Positions 56,118 to 64,000 of a DNA stretch of 64,000 nt are shown here, one piece after another (position 1 is the stretch's first letter; the number at the start of each line of letters is the position of its first letter). Made by a program: the position numbers and the translations under genes. The stretch lies in NCBI GenBank assembly GCA_040752575.1, contig JBFMGK010000073.1:29399-93398 (forward strand), read 5' to 3'. The DNA is from Candidatus Bipolaricaulota bacterium (GTDB taxonomy: Bacteria > Bipolaricaulota > Bipolaricaulia > UBA7950 > UBA9294). The notes under the pieces are model-generated. The model searched no databases. It worked only from the letters and a program-made list of their open reading frames with translations, and was not told the DNA's origin.

Positions 56118-58061
56118 TTAGCCATGCGAGCACGCGGTGACCCACTGCGCGCCGGCGTACCAGCCTTCGGCGACGGCCTCGTAGATGCCGCGCGCCTCCG
56201 CCGCGTCGCCGACCACACGCAAGGGAAGGCCGCGATGCGACAGCTCTCGCTCCAGATCTCGGTTTGATTCGGCCCCAACGGCCACAACGACGCGATCGGC
56301 CGGCCACTCCCGCGGCCCTTCAGGGCACTCGGATTCCACGGCCGAAGGTCGCACGGCTCGCACCGCCACCCCCGTGTGCAGCTCGATGCCGTTCGCGCGG
56401 AGCCGTTCCAACAGGTCGGAGCGCGTGATCGGCTCGCAATCTGCGGCCAACCGACACGTCACCTCGAGAACAACGACCTTCGCGCCCCGGGCCGCGCAGT
56501 AGGCCGCCGTCTCGCAGCCCACCAGTCCAGCTCCGATCACGACTACGTTCTTTGCCTCGACGTCAGCCTCTCCCCCGAGCACGGCATCGGCCGAGAAGAC
56601 GTGCGGCAAGTCGGCACCCGGCACCTCAAGCGGACGCGGACCTGCTCCCGTCGCGAGGATCAGCGCGTCCGGTTCCAGCGTGGCGATGTCCCCCGCCGTC
56701 GCGCGCGCGCCAAGGCGAACCTCGACGCCGTTCGGAAGGGCGCGTTGCAGGTCCTCGATCAGCCATCCGATCTTCTCCTTGTGCGGCGGCGCGACGGCCA
56801 GGTGCAGACGCCCGCCGAGCGTCTCCCGAGCATCGAGCAACGTCACGCGATGGCCGGCCGACGCCGCGGCGGCCGCCGCAGAGAGACCGGCGGGTCCGCC
56901 CCCCACGACGACCACGCGCCGGGGCGTCTCGGCCTCTGCGAAGGTCTGCGCTTCTCTCCCAACCGTCGGATTCACGGAGCAGCGTATGGGAAGGTCGTCG
57001 TAGACGCGATGGCGGACACAGCGGTTGCATGAGATGCATCGCCGAATCGACGCCGCGTCCTCGCGCCGCGCCTTGTCGGGCCAGTCGGGGTCGGCGATCA
57101 GTCCCCGGCCCACCGCGACGAGGTCGGCGGCGCCGGACGCAATCAGCTTCTCAGCCGTCGCGGGGAGGCGGATGACTCCGACCGCGATCACCGGAACCGA
57201 GACGGCTCGGCGCACGGTCTCGGAGAGGTAGGCCCGCCAGGCTTCGGGGTAAGACATCGGTTCGAGTTGTTTCTCGGGGTTCGCCGCCGTCGCCGCAGAG
57301 ACGTGCACCGCGTCGACCCCGGCCTCGACCAGCGCGGCAGCCAGCTCCGACGTCTCCTCGAGCTTCCGTCCGCCCGCCAAGAACTCGTCGCCGCTCACGC
57401 GAAAGAGGACCGGATAGGATGCGCCCACAGCGCGTCGGACGGCCCTGACCACGTCCAGCGCGAAGCGCCATCGGCGCTCGGCGGAGCCTCCATAGGCATC
57501 GGTCCTCTGGTTCACGAGGGGCGAGAGGAACTGCGCGATGAGGTAGCCGTGCGCGCCGTGGATCTCTACGCCGTCAAAGCCGGCGCGCTGCGCGCGTCGA
57601 GCGGCCGACGCGTAGGCTTCGACCAATTCCGGGATTTCATCGAGCGCAAGCTCGCGCGGCCGGCGAAATGCCTCTGCCCAGCCCCGATCCGAGGGTCCGA
57701 CCGGAACGCCATCGTTCGCGCCGAGCCGCGCCACGCTTCCCGCGTGGTTGATCTGAAGCGCCGTGGCGGCTCCTCGCTCGCGAAGCGCCTGGGCAAGGGA
57801 ATACAGCCCTGGCACGTACCGATCGTGGTCGACCCGCAGCTGCGTGGCGCCATTCGCGCCTCGGGGAAACTCGACCGTGGAGTTCTCGACGACGACAAGG
57901 CCCACCCCGCCCGCGGCGCGGCGGGCGTAGTACGCGGCCATCTGTACTGTGGGCTCGCCCGTCGCCGAGGCGAGATTCGTCGCCATCGCGGGCATCACGA
58001 TCCGATTCTTGAGGTTGAGCCGCCCGACCGTAAGGGGTTGGAACAACATGTTCTGCCGCAT
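56118..58061 (-). CDS. OYE-family NADH:flavin oxidoreductase (two-domain ene/dienoyl reductase with 4Fe-4S)
   Basis: NRIVMPAM, EIHGAHGYLIAQFLSP, R.D.YGGS, CISCNRC..CSVNP, GGGPAG. Confidence 0.93.
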   Translation of the reverse strand: MRQNMLFQPLTVGRLNLKNRIVMPAMATNLASATGEPTVQMAAYYARRAAGGVGLVVVENSTVEFPRGANGATQLRVDHDRYVPGLYSLAQALRERGAATALQINHAGSVARLGANDGVPVGPSDRGWAEAFRRPRELALDEIPELVEAYASAARRAQRAGFDGVEIHGAHGYLIAQFLSPLVNQRTDAYGGSAERRWRFALDVVRAVRRAVGASYPVLFRVSGDEFLAGGRKLEETSELAAALVEAGVDAVHVSAATAANPEKQLEPMSYPEAWRAYLSETVRRAVSVPVIAVGVIRLPATAEKLIASGAADLVAVGRGLIADPDWPDKARREDAASIRRCISCNRCVRHRVYDDLPIRCSVNPTVGREAQTFAEAETPRRVVVVGGGPAGLSAAAAAASAGHRVTLLDARETLGGRLHLAVAPPHKEKIGWLIEDLQRALPNGVEVRLGARATAGDIATLEPDALILATGAGPRPLEVPGADLPHVFSADAVLGGEADVEAKNVVVIGAGLVGCETAAYCAARGAKVVVLEVTCRLAADCEPITRSDLLERLRANGIELHTGVAVRAVRPSAVESECPEGPREWPADRVVVAVGAESNRDLERELSHRGLPLRVVGDAAEARGIYEAVAEGWYAGAQWVTACSHG

Positions 58062-58071
58062 GCCGGAAGCG

Positions 58072-58785
58072 CTACCCACCGAGGTACAGGCGCTTGACCT
58101 CCTCGTTGTTGCGGACGTCTTCCGCAGGCCCCTCGTAACGATTCTTCCCCGTCTCGAAGACGTAGGCGTAGTCCGACATTCGAAGGCTCCGGTCTGCGTT
58201 CTGCTCGACGATGAGCAGCGTGCTCCCCGCCGCCTTGATCTCTTCGACCTTGTCGAAGACCTCATTGGCCATGCGCGGCGAGAGGCCGAGGGACGGCTCG
58301 TCGAGCAAGAGAAGCCGAGGATTGAGCAGCATGGCCCTGGCCATCTCCAGGGTCTGCATCTCCCCGCCGCTGAGGCTTCCACCCTTCTGCTTCGTTCGTT
58401 CGCGCAGCAGAGGGAAGAGCTGATAGACGCGTTCGAGGTCGGCCTCGATGCCCTTCCGATCCTTCCGGATGTACGCGCCCAGCTCGAGGTTCTCCCGCAC
58501 GGTCATGTGGGGGAAAACGTGCCGCCCCTGGGGGACGAACGTGATCCCGCGCCGGAGAAGCGCGGCCGGTGGAGCATTCGTGACCTCCTCGCCGGCGAAG
58601 AAGACGTGCCCCTGGCGAGCGGGAAGTAGGCCGAACAACGTTCGGAACGTCGTCGACTTGCCGCACCCATTCGGGCCGATGATGGAGACGATCTGGCCCT
58701 CCTCCACCTTCAGCGAAATGCCTTGCAGGATGTCGAGTTCCTTGGAGTACCCCGCAACGATGTCTTGGACCTCGAGCAGTGCCAC
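58072..58785 (-). CDS. livF: Branched-chain-type ABC transporter ATPase
   Basis: GPNGCGKST, LSGGEMQ, LLDEPSLGL, VEQN. Confidence 0.9.
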   Translation of the reverse strand: MALLEVQDIVAGYSKELDILQGISLKVEEGQIVSIIGPNGCGKSTTFRTLFGLLPARQGHVFFAGEEVTNAPPAALLRRGITFVPQGRHVFPHMTVRENLELGAYIRKDRKGIEADLERVYQLFPLLRERTKQKGGSLSGGEMQTLEMARAMLLNPRLLLLDEPSLGLSPRMANEVFDKVEEIKAAGSTLLIVEQNADRSLRMSDYAYVFETGKNRYEGPAEDVRNNEEVKRLYLGG

Positions 58786-58786
58786 A

Positions 58787-59527
58787 TCACCCTCCGAAGT
58801 AGGCCGTGAGGACCTGTTGGTTCTTCTGAATCTCCGCCGGGGCTCCCTCGGCAATCTTCTTGCCGTGATCCAGCACAACGATCCGCGTGCACAAGTTCAT
58901 GACCATGCGCATGTTGTGCTCGATGACAAGGAAGCTGCATCCCTTTCGGTTGAGCTCGACAAGCCTCTCGCCGATCTCGCGACCGAGCGTCGCGTTGACG
59001 CCCGCCATGGGCTCGTCGAGCATGATCAGCCTAGGGTCGGACATGAGGACCATTCCGAGGTCCAAGAGTTTCTGCTGCCCGTAGGAGAGGCACTTCGCGA
59101 CCTGGTCTTTGAGGCGCAGGATGTTGAGGAACTCGAGCAGCCCGATCGCCTTCTCGATGTGATGCCGTTCGTCGCGCCGGAACAGCCGGCTCAGGATCGT
59201 CCCCTCGCTCTCTTGCACCGCCATGATCATGTTGTCGAGCACGGTCATCCCCGGGAACAGCTGGACAAGCTGGAACGTCCTGCCGATGCCGCTGCGGTAG
59301 ATGCTGTGGGGTTTCAGTCCGCTGATTCGCCGACCCAGGAAACGCACCTCGCCCGCCGTGGCCTTCTGGATTCCCGTCACGCAGTCGAAGAGGGTCGTCT
59401 TCCCCGAGCCGTTGGGGCCGATGAGCCCAAGGATCTCGCCTTCGCGGACGTCGAAATCGACGCCGCCCAGCGCCTCGAGTTCGTAGTACTTCTTCCTCAG
59501 GCCCTTGATCTCCAAGATGGGATTCAT
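58787..59527 (-). CDS. livG: Branched-chain-type ABC transporter ATPase
   Basis: GPNGSGKTT, GRTFQ, LSYGQQK, LDEPMAG, IEHNM. Confidence 0.9.
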   Translation of the reverse strand: MNPILEIKGLRKKYYELEALGGVDFDVREGEILGLIGPNGSGKTTLFDCVTGIQKATAGEVRFLGRRISGLKPHSIYRSGIGRTFQLVQLFPGMTVLDNMIMAVQESEGTILSRLFRRDERHHIEKAIGLLEFLNILRLKDQVAKCLSYGQQKLLDLGMVLMSDPRLIMLDEPMAGVNATLGREIGERLVELNRKGCSFLVIEHNMRMVMNLCTRIVVLDHGKKIAEGAPAEIQKNQQVLTAYFGG

Positions 59528-59537
59528 CGCATCGACC

Positions 59538-60524
59538 TCACTTCGTCAATTGGGGGGGCGTTCTCTTGAGCACGCGACGGAAGAACGCGTCGTAGAGCCC
59601 GGCCAGACCCGTGGGCCAGAACACAAGAAGCAAGAGCGTGATCGCAGCGAAGATCACGAAGAACATCTGCTGAACGCCACGCAGCAACTCCGGGAGCAGC
59701 GTCACGGCGATGACCCCGATGAACGGCCCTTCGAAACGACCTGAGCCGCCGATGATCAACATGATGAGGAACCAGAACGACTCATGGACGGGGAACGCCG
59801 TAGGATCGACGTAGCGGATCAGCGGCGCGATGAGCCCTCCGCCGATGCCTGCGTACGCGGCGCCGATCGCGAACGCGAGGAGCTGGTAGGCCAGGAGGCT
59901 CACGCCAACCATCTCGGCGCGCACGTCGTTCTCGCGGATGGCCTTGAAGGCGCGCCCCCAATGCGAGTTGAGGATCCAGAGAAGGAGCGCCGTCATCACG
60001 GTCAGGATCCCCGCCGTCAACAGATAGAACGCGACCGGCGACGCGAGGCTGACCCCGAAGAACGATGGCCGCGGGATTCCCGCAAGACCCGAGAACCCGC
60101 CCGTGATCTCATGCTCGTTGGCCAGCAGGAGGTAGACGACCGTTCCGAACCCGAGCGTAACCAGCGCCAGGTAGTGGTGCTTGACGCGCAGCGACGGCAG
60201 CCCGAGGACCAGCCCGCCGAAGAACGAGATGAGCGCCCCGAGGGGCAGGGCGAGCCAGAAGGAATACCCAGCGAGGGTCATCAGCGCGACCGTGTAGGCG
60301 CCGATCGCCATGAATGCGGCGTGACCCAGAGAGATCTGCCCCGTGTATCCGAGCGTCAGATTGAGCCCCATGATGACGATCGTGTGCACGCACATAAGCG
60401 ACGCGAGATACATGTAGTACTGGTTCCCGCCGAAGACGACGGGGACAAGAAGGAGGATGCCCACGAACGCCGCCCACCGGAGAACCCGGACCAAGGGCAG
60501 CGGGAGCTTCGATCGCCTGTCCAC
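59538..60524 (-). CDS. livM: Branched-chain-type ABC transporter permease
   Basis: GYTGQISLGHAAF, GRAFKAIREN..AE..GV. Confidence 0.9.
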   Translation of the reverse strand: MDRRSKLPLPLVRVLRWAAFVGILLLVPVVFGGNQYYMYLASLMCVHTIVIMGLNLTLGYTGQISLGHAAFMAIGAYTVALMTLAGYSFWLALPLGALISFFGGLVLGLPSLRVKHHYLALVTLGFGTVVYLLLANEHEITGGFSGLAGIPRPSFFGVSLASPVAFYLLTAGILTVMTALLLWILNSHWGRAFKAIRENDVRAEMVGVSLLAYQLLAFAIGAAYAGIGGGLIAPLIRYVDPTAFPVHESFWFLIMLIIGGSGRFEGPFIGVIAVTLLPELLRGVQQMFFVIFAAITLLLLVFWPTGLAGLYDAFFRRVLKRTPPQLTK

Positions 60525-60526
60525 GG

Positions 60527-61387
60527 CTATCGCTCCTCCTTCCCGAGCAACCCTTCCTTGCGAATCAGAATCACGGCGATAAGGACGAAGAGCACGAAGA
60601 CCTCGCGATACTCGGTCGACAGGTAGGCCGACGAAAAGGTCTCGATGATTCCCACGAGGAAGCCGCCGAGGAGGGCGCCGCGGATCTGGTCGAATCCGCC
60701 GATCGTCGCCGAGTAGAACGCTTTCAGGCCGAGCGCCGCCCCCATGTCGTAACGCAGCATGTAGACGGGCGCGATGAGCATCGCGGCAAACGCGACCAGC
60801 ACGGCATTGATGACGAACACCATCGTCGTGATGCGGGAGATGTTGATGCCAAGGATCCTTGCGGCATCTCGGTTTTGCGCGACGGCCTGCATCGCCCGGC
60901 CGGGCTTGGAATGCTGGACGAACAGGTTGAGCGCCAGGATGAGCGCGATCGCGATCACGATCGTCCAGACATGCTGCCGTGAGAGGGCCACGCCGCCCAC
61001 GCGGTAGGGCATCATCCCGAACACGCGCGGGAAGGCCTTGCACTGCGCCGACCAGAACGTTGAGATGGAGTTGCTGGCGAGGAAGCTGAGAGCGATCGTC
61101 GCAACGATGATCGTGGTCTGGGAACGCTCCACGAGAGGCTGGATGAGCCCCCGCTTGACCACGTAGCCGAGGAGCACGGCGGAGACGACGAGCGTCACGA
61201 GCATCGCCCAGACGAATGGAACGCCCAGGCAGACGAGCGAGAACGTGACGACGGCGGAGACGGTGATGAAGTCCCCTTGCGCGAAGTTCACCGTGCGCGA
61301 CGCCTGCCACAGTAGGGTGAACCCGATCGCCACCAGCGCGTAGATGGCGCCAATCGCGACCCCCGACACGACTAATTGGATGAACAT
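60527..61387 (-). CDS. livH: Branched-chain-type ABC transporter permease
   Basis: GAIYALVAIGF, NFAQG, GRAMQAVAQN..AA..LGI. Confidence 0.9.
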   Translation of the reverse strand: MFIQLVVSGVAIGAIYALVAIGFTLLWQASRTVNFAQGDFITVSAVVTFSLVCLGVPFVWAMLVTLVVSAVLLGYVVKRGLIQPLVERSQTTIIVATIALSFLASNSISTFWSAQCKAFPRVFGMMPYRVGGVALSRQHVWTIVIAIALILALNLFVQHSKPGRAMQAVAQNRDAARILGINISRITTMVFVINAVLVAFAAMLIAPVYMLRYDMGAALGLKAFYSATIGGFDQIRGALLGGFLVGIIETFSSAYLSTEYREVFVLFVLIAVILIRKEGLLGKEER

Positions 61388-62118
61388 GACCACCTCTCTG
61401 CCGACAGAATCCGAAGGACGTCGCGCGTCTCTCCTACGGTGAGTTGCCCGGGTGCCGCGGCCCCGCCAGTTGCGCAGTACGTGAAGGAGCTTCCCAGCAA
61501 CAGGGCAACCGGCCGCGAAGCCGCTCCGTACGGCCCCAGGGAAACGGCGGCGAAGGGCACTCCGAGAATCCGCCCGGCTTCTCTTGCCGCGCACAGAAGT
61601 GCAACGAGGTCGTCGGGCGACGATGCGCGAACGGCGAGCTTCGCCAAGTCGGGTCCAAGCTCGGCCACGCGCCGCAGACCGGCGATCATCTCGTCGAGGG
61701 ACGGCGTCGCCTTCATGTTCTCGTACCCGACCAGTACCGGCGTCCCTCGGCGTTGCGCTGCATCCACCAGGGGATCCCGAAGACCGGGATCGGTGAAGAC
61801 CTCTACGTCGACGGCCGTCGCGCCCGCCGTGACCGCAGCCAAGAGACGCTCGATGCGCGCCGACTCGCCGCCGGCGAACGCCCCGCCGAACTCCGGCGGC
61901 CGGCACGCCACGATGTGAGGAGCCCGCATCTCGCGTACGAGCCGACCCACGGCGTCGACGTCAGGCAGGCGATCGATGCGGAGTTCAACGCAGTCGGCCC
62001 CAGCCTCGACCGCCTGGCGCGCCCCGTCGAGCATCTGGTCAACGGTCTCCGCCATCGAGCTGGCCACGAGGACCGGGCGTGTCCCCACGAGAAGCGAACC
62101 GACGCGCACCGTTCTCAT
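61372..62118 (-). CDS. aroD: Type I 3-dehydroquinate dehydratase-like protein (divergent)
   Basis: DCVELRID, R..E.GG, DLAKLAV (Schiff-base Lys), SR, APGQ; the catalytic His position reads Glu. Confidence 0.8.
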   Translation of the reverse strand: MRTVRVGSLLVGTRPVLVASSMAETVDQMLDGARQAVEAGADCVELRIDRLPDVDAVGRLVREMRAPHIVACRPPEFGGAFAGGESARIERLLAAVTAGATAVDVEVFTDPGLRDPLVDAAQRRGTPVLVGYENMKATPSLDEMIAGLRRVAELGPDLAKLAVRASSPDDLVALLCAAREAGRILGVPFAAVSLGPYGAASRPVALLLGSSFTYCATGGAAAPGQLTVGETRDVLRILSAERWSCSSN

Positions 62119-62537
62119 GCCTTGCGGCCCTCTGCGAGCGACTGCTCGTACTTCTCGTTGCGGACGATCGAGACTTCGATGCCCTTGCCCCGGAGGATCT
62201 TCACCGTGTGAGGGAGCTGCGGAGGAATGAACACGGTCGCCGGGCTGTCGACGACGTGCTTCTCCTCGCCGAGGGTCACCTCGAACGTGATCCCGGGCAG
62301 CGGGAACACGTATGCCTGGGAGACGGCATGGGCGTGCACCTCAACGTAGTCGGGGCCCGGGGGGGTCTTCACGTCGATGTGGTGGATGAAGATGTTCAGG
62401 TCCGCCTCGGCCACCATGTCGGTGTTGAGAAAGGCAAGCAGGGGCCCGAGGGTCCCCATCGCCTCTCGGTCGTGGTGGATCAGCGGCCGCTCGGCCCAAT
62501 CGAAGGGCTTGACGATGTACTTGCCGTATCTGCTCAT
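62115..62537 (-). CDS. Cupin-fold protein (paralog 2)
   Basis: YVEVHAH..SQ and VFIPPQLPH. Confidence 0.75.
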   Translation of the reverse strand: MSRYGKYIVKPFDWAERPLIHHDREAMGTLGPLLAFLNTDMVAEADLNIFIHHIDVKTPPGPDYVEVHAHAVSQAYVFPLPGITFEVTLGEEKHVVDSPATVFIPPQLPHTVKILRGKGIEVSIVRNEKYEQSLAEGRKA

Positions 62538-62559
62538 CGCGCGTCCTCCCGTTCCCGCT

Positions 62560-62955
62560 CTAGCCGTAATAACCCTTGCGTAGAATGCAGACCTCGATCC
62601 CCTTCCCGCTCAGGATCTTGAGGTTGTGTCGCAGCCCCGGCGGAATGAACACGGTCGCTGGGCTCTCCGCCTGAATCGTCTCGTCGCCGAGGATGACTTC
62701 GAAACGCAGTCCGGCCTCGGGAAACACGTAGGCCTGAGAGACGTCATGTGTGTGCACATCAACGTAGTCCGGCCCGGTGTCGCCTTGGACCTCGATGTGG
62801 TGCACGAAGACGTTGAGATCGGCCCCGTCGACCATCGTCTTGTTGAGGAACGCAATCAGAGGCCCAAGTTCGCCGAGCCCGGTCTTGCTGTGGAAGACCA
62901 AGTCGCGGTCTTCCCAGTCGAACGGTTTGACGATCAGTCCGTCGTACTTGCCCAT
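62560..62955 (-). CDS. Cupin-fold protein (paralog 1)
   Basis: YVDVHTH..SQ and VFIPPGLRH. Confidence 0.75.
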   Translation of the reverse strand: MGKYDGLIVKPFDWEDRDLVFHSKTGLGELGPLIAFLNKTMVDGADLNVFVHHIEVQGDTGPDYVDVHTHDVSQAYVFPEAGLRFEVILGDETIQAESPATVFIPPGLRHNLKILSGKGIEVCILRKGYYG

Positions 62956-64000
62956 CTAGCTTTCCTTTCGATGGCTCTGTGCCTTGGCGAGCATCGCGTG
63001 ATCGGCAAGCGTTAGAGCCATCATCGCTTCGGCGATCGGCACAAGCCGCGGCACGATCGTCGGGTCGGTTGCTGTCTTGCAGCGGAACTTGGCTGCGGTC
63101 ATGGACTTCATGTCGATCGTGTCTTGCTCTGCGGCAATCGTCGGGGTCGGCTTCACGGCGAGTCGAACGACGATGTCGGCACCGGTCGAGATGCCCCCGA
63201 CGATGCCCCCGGCGTGGTTCGTGCGGAACCGGACAACCCCGCGATCGACGAACGGAACGTCGTTGTTCTCGCTCCCGAGCATCGAAGCCGCGGAGAGCCC
63301 GGCGCCGACCTCGACACCCTTGACGGCCCCGATGCTCATCATCGCGCGCGCGAGGTCGGCGTCGAGCTTGCCGAACACCGGCTCTCCCCATCCGGCGGGT
63401 ACGCCGCGCGCCATCACGCAGACCACACCGCCGATGCTGTCGCCCCGCGCCTTGACCTCGACAGCCCGCGCGAGCATGCGCTGAGCGATCGCCGGGTCGG
63501 GACAGCGCACGATCGAGGTTTCGGCCTGGCTTTGCACGTCCTCGAAGCGCATGGGCGAACACTCGACGCCCCCGAGGGCCTGGGTGTAGCCGACGATCTC
63601 GATCCCCTCAACGCGAAGGAGCTTCCGGGCGATCGCACCGGCAGCGACGCGCATCGCCGTCTCGCGGCCGTTGGCTCGTCCGTCGGCGATCCAGTCGCGA
63701 TGCGGCCCGAATTTCGCGCGATAGCCGTACGTCGCGTGTCCGGGCTTGGCGAGTTCCTTCTCGGGCGCGTAGGCCGCAATGCGTTCCGGAGTGGCCCACT
63801 CGTTGTCGATGACCATCGCCACCGGGGCGCCCGTCGTCATGCCGTCCATCGTCCCGGAGAGGATCCGAACGGCGTCCGACTCCTTCCTGGGCGTGGCGAT
63901 CTCGCTCTGGCCAGGCTTGCGGCGGTCCAGATCGGGTTGAATGTCGGCCTCCGAGAGCGCGATGCCTGCGGGGACGCCCTCCACGATGCCGACCAGGGAT
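62956..64000 (-). CDS. aroC: Chorismate synthase-like FMN enzyme (divergent); 5' end lies beyond the window
   Basis: DLDRRKPG, PGHA, RETAMRVAAG, GDSIGG, GEPVFGKLD, NHAGGI.GGIS.G, KPTPTI, PIAEAM. Confidence 0.85.
   Translation of the reverse strand, partial: SLVGIVEGVPAGIALSEADIQPDLDRRKPGQSEIATPRKESDAVRILSGTMDGMTTGAPVAMVIDNEWATPERIAAYAPEKELAKPGHATYGYRAKFGPHRDWIADGRANGRETAMRVAAGAIARKLLRVEGIEIVGYTQALGGVECSPMRFEDVQSQAETSIVRCPDPAIAQRMLARAVEVKARGDSIGGVVCVMARGVPAGWGEPVFGKLDADLARAMMSIGAVKGVEVGAGLSAASMLGSENNDVPFVDRGVVRFRTNHAGGIVGGISTGADIVVRLAVKPTPTIAAEQDTIDMKSMTAAKFRCKTATDPTIVPRLVPIAEAMMALTLADHAMLAKAQSHRKES

Noticed and set aside
1..64000. tRNA, rRNA, integrase or att sites bounding the island
   Set aside because: None recognised by eye; tRNAscan-SE/Infernal and a direct-repeat search would be needed to exclude them

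Overview
High-GC bacterial chromosome segment, probably from an anaerobe (tungsten AOR, Fe-S hydro-lyase, Thermotoga-like IolN; the PKD/lamin-tail lipoprotein style weakly suggests Ca. Bipolaricaulota, which is inference only). Three zones. (1) 1-24.6 kb: housekeeping and accessory singletons, including an ABC exporter, PFK, a frameshifted Nudix gene, GH31, DMT, MgtC, an Arg/Lys/Orn decarboxylase, CDF, DUF885, a TolB-like protein and five GNATs. Six of these genes look leaderless. (2) 24.6-37.3 kb: an accessory hotspot with back-to-back Phd-RelE and HicB-HicA toxin-antitoxin pairs and a 5'-truncated RAYT/Y1 transposase. Next to it is a lower-GC four-gene island encoding a large secreted, membrane-anchored vWA protein, a 73-aa membrane protein, an intact tubulin/FtsZ-like GTPase and a motif-degenerate, membrane-anchored paralog of that GTPase. 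(3) 37.3-64 kb: a RIO1 kinase with an apparent leader-peptide attenuator, an IclR divergon for organic-acid metabolism, and a long minus-strand operon running off the window end. That operon combines divergent AroC- and AroD-like enzymes, cupins, a Liv-type ABC importer, an OYE ene-reductase, AOR, a U32-like barrel, two Zn-ADHs, an IolN-like ring hydrolase and an Ldh_2 oxidoreductase; it is a candidate anaerobic hydroaromatic/cyclitol catabolic pathway. All calls come from motif recognition by eye; no database searches were run. No rRNA, tRNA or CRISPR array was seen.
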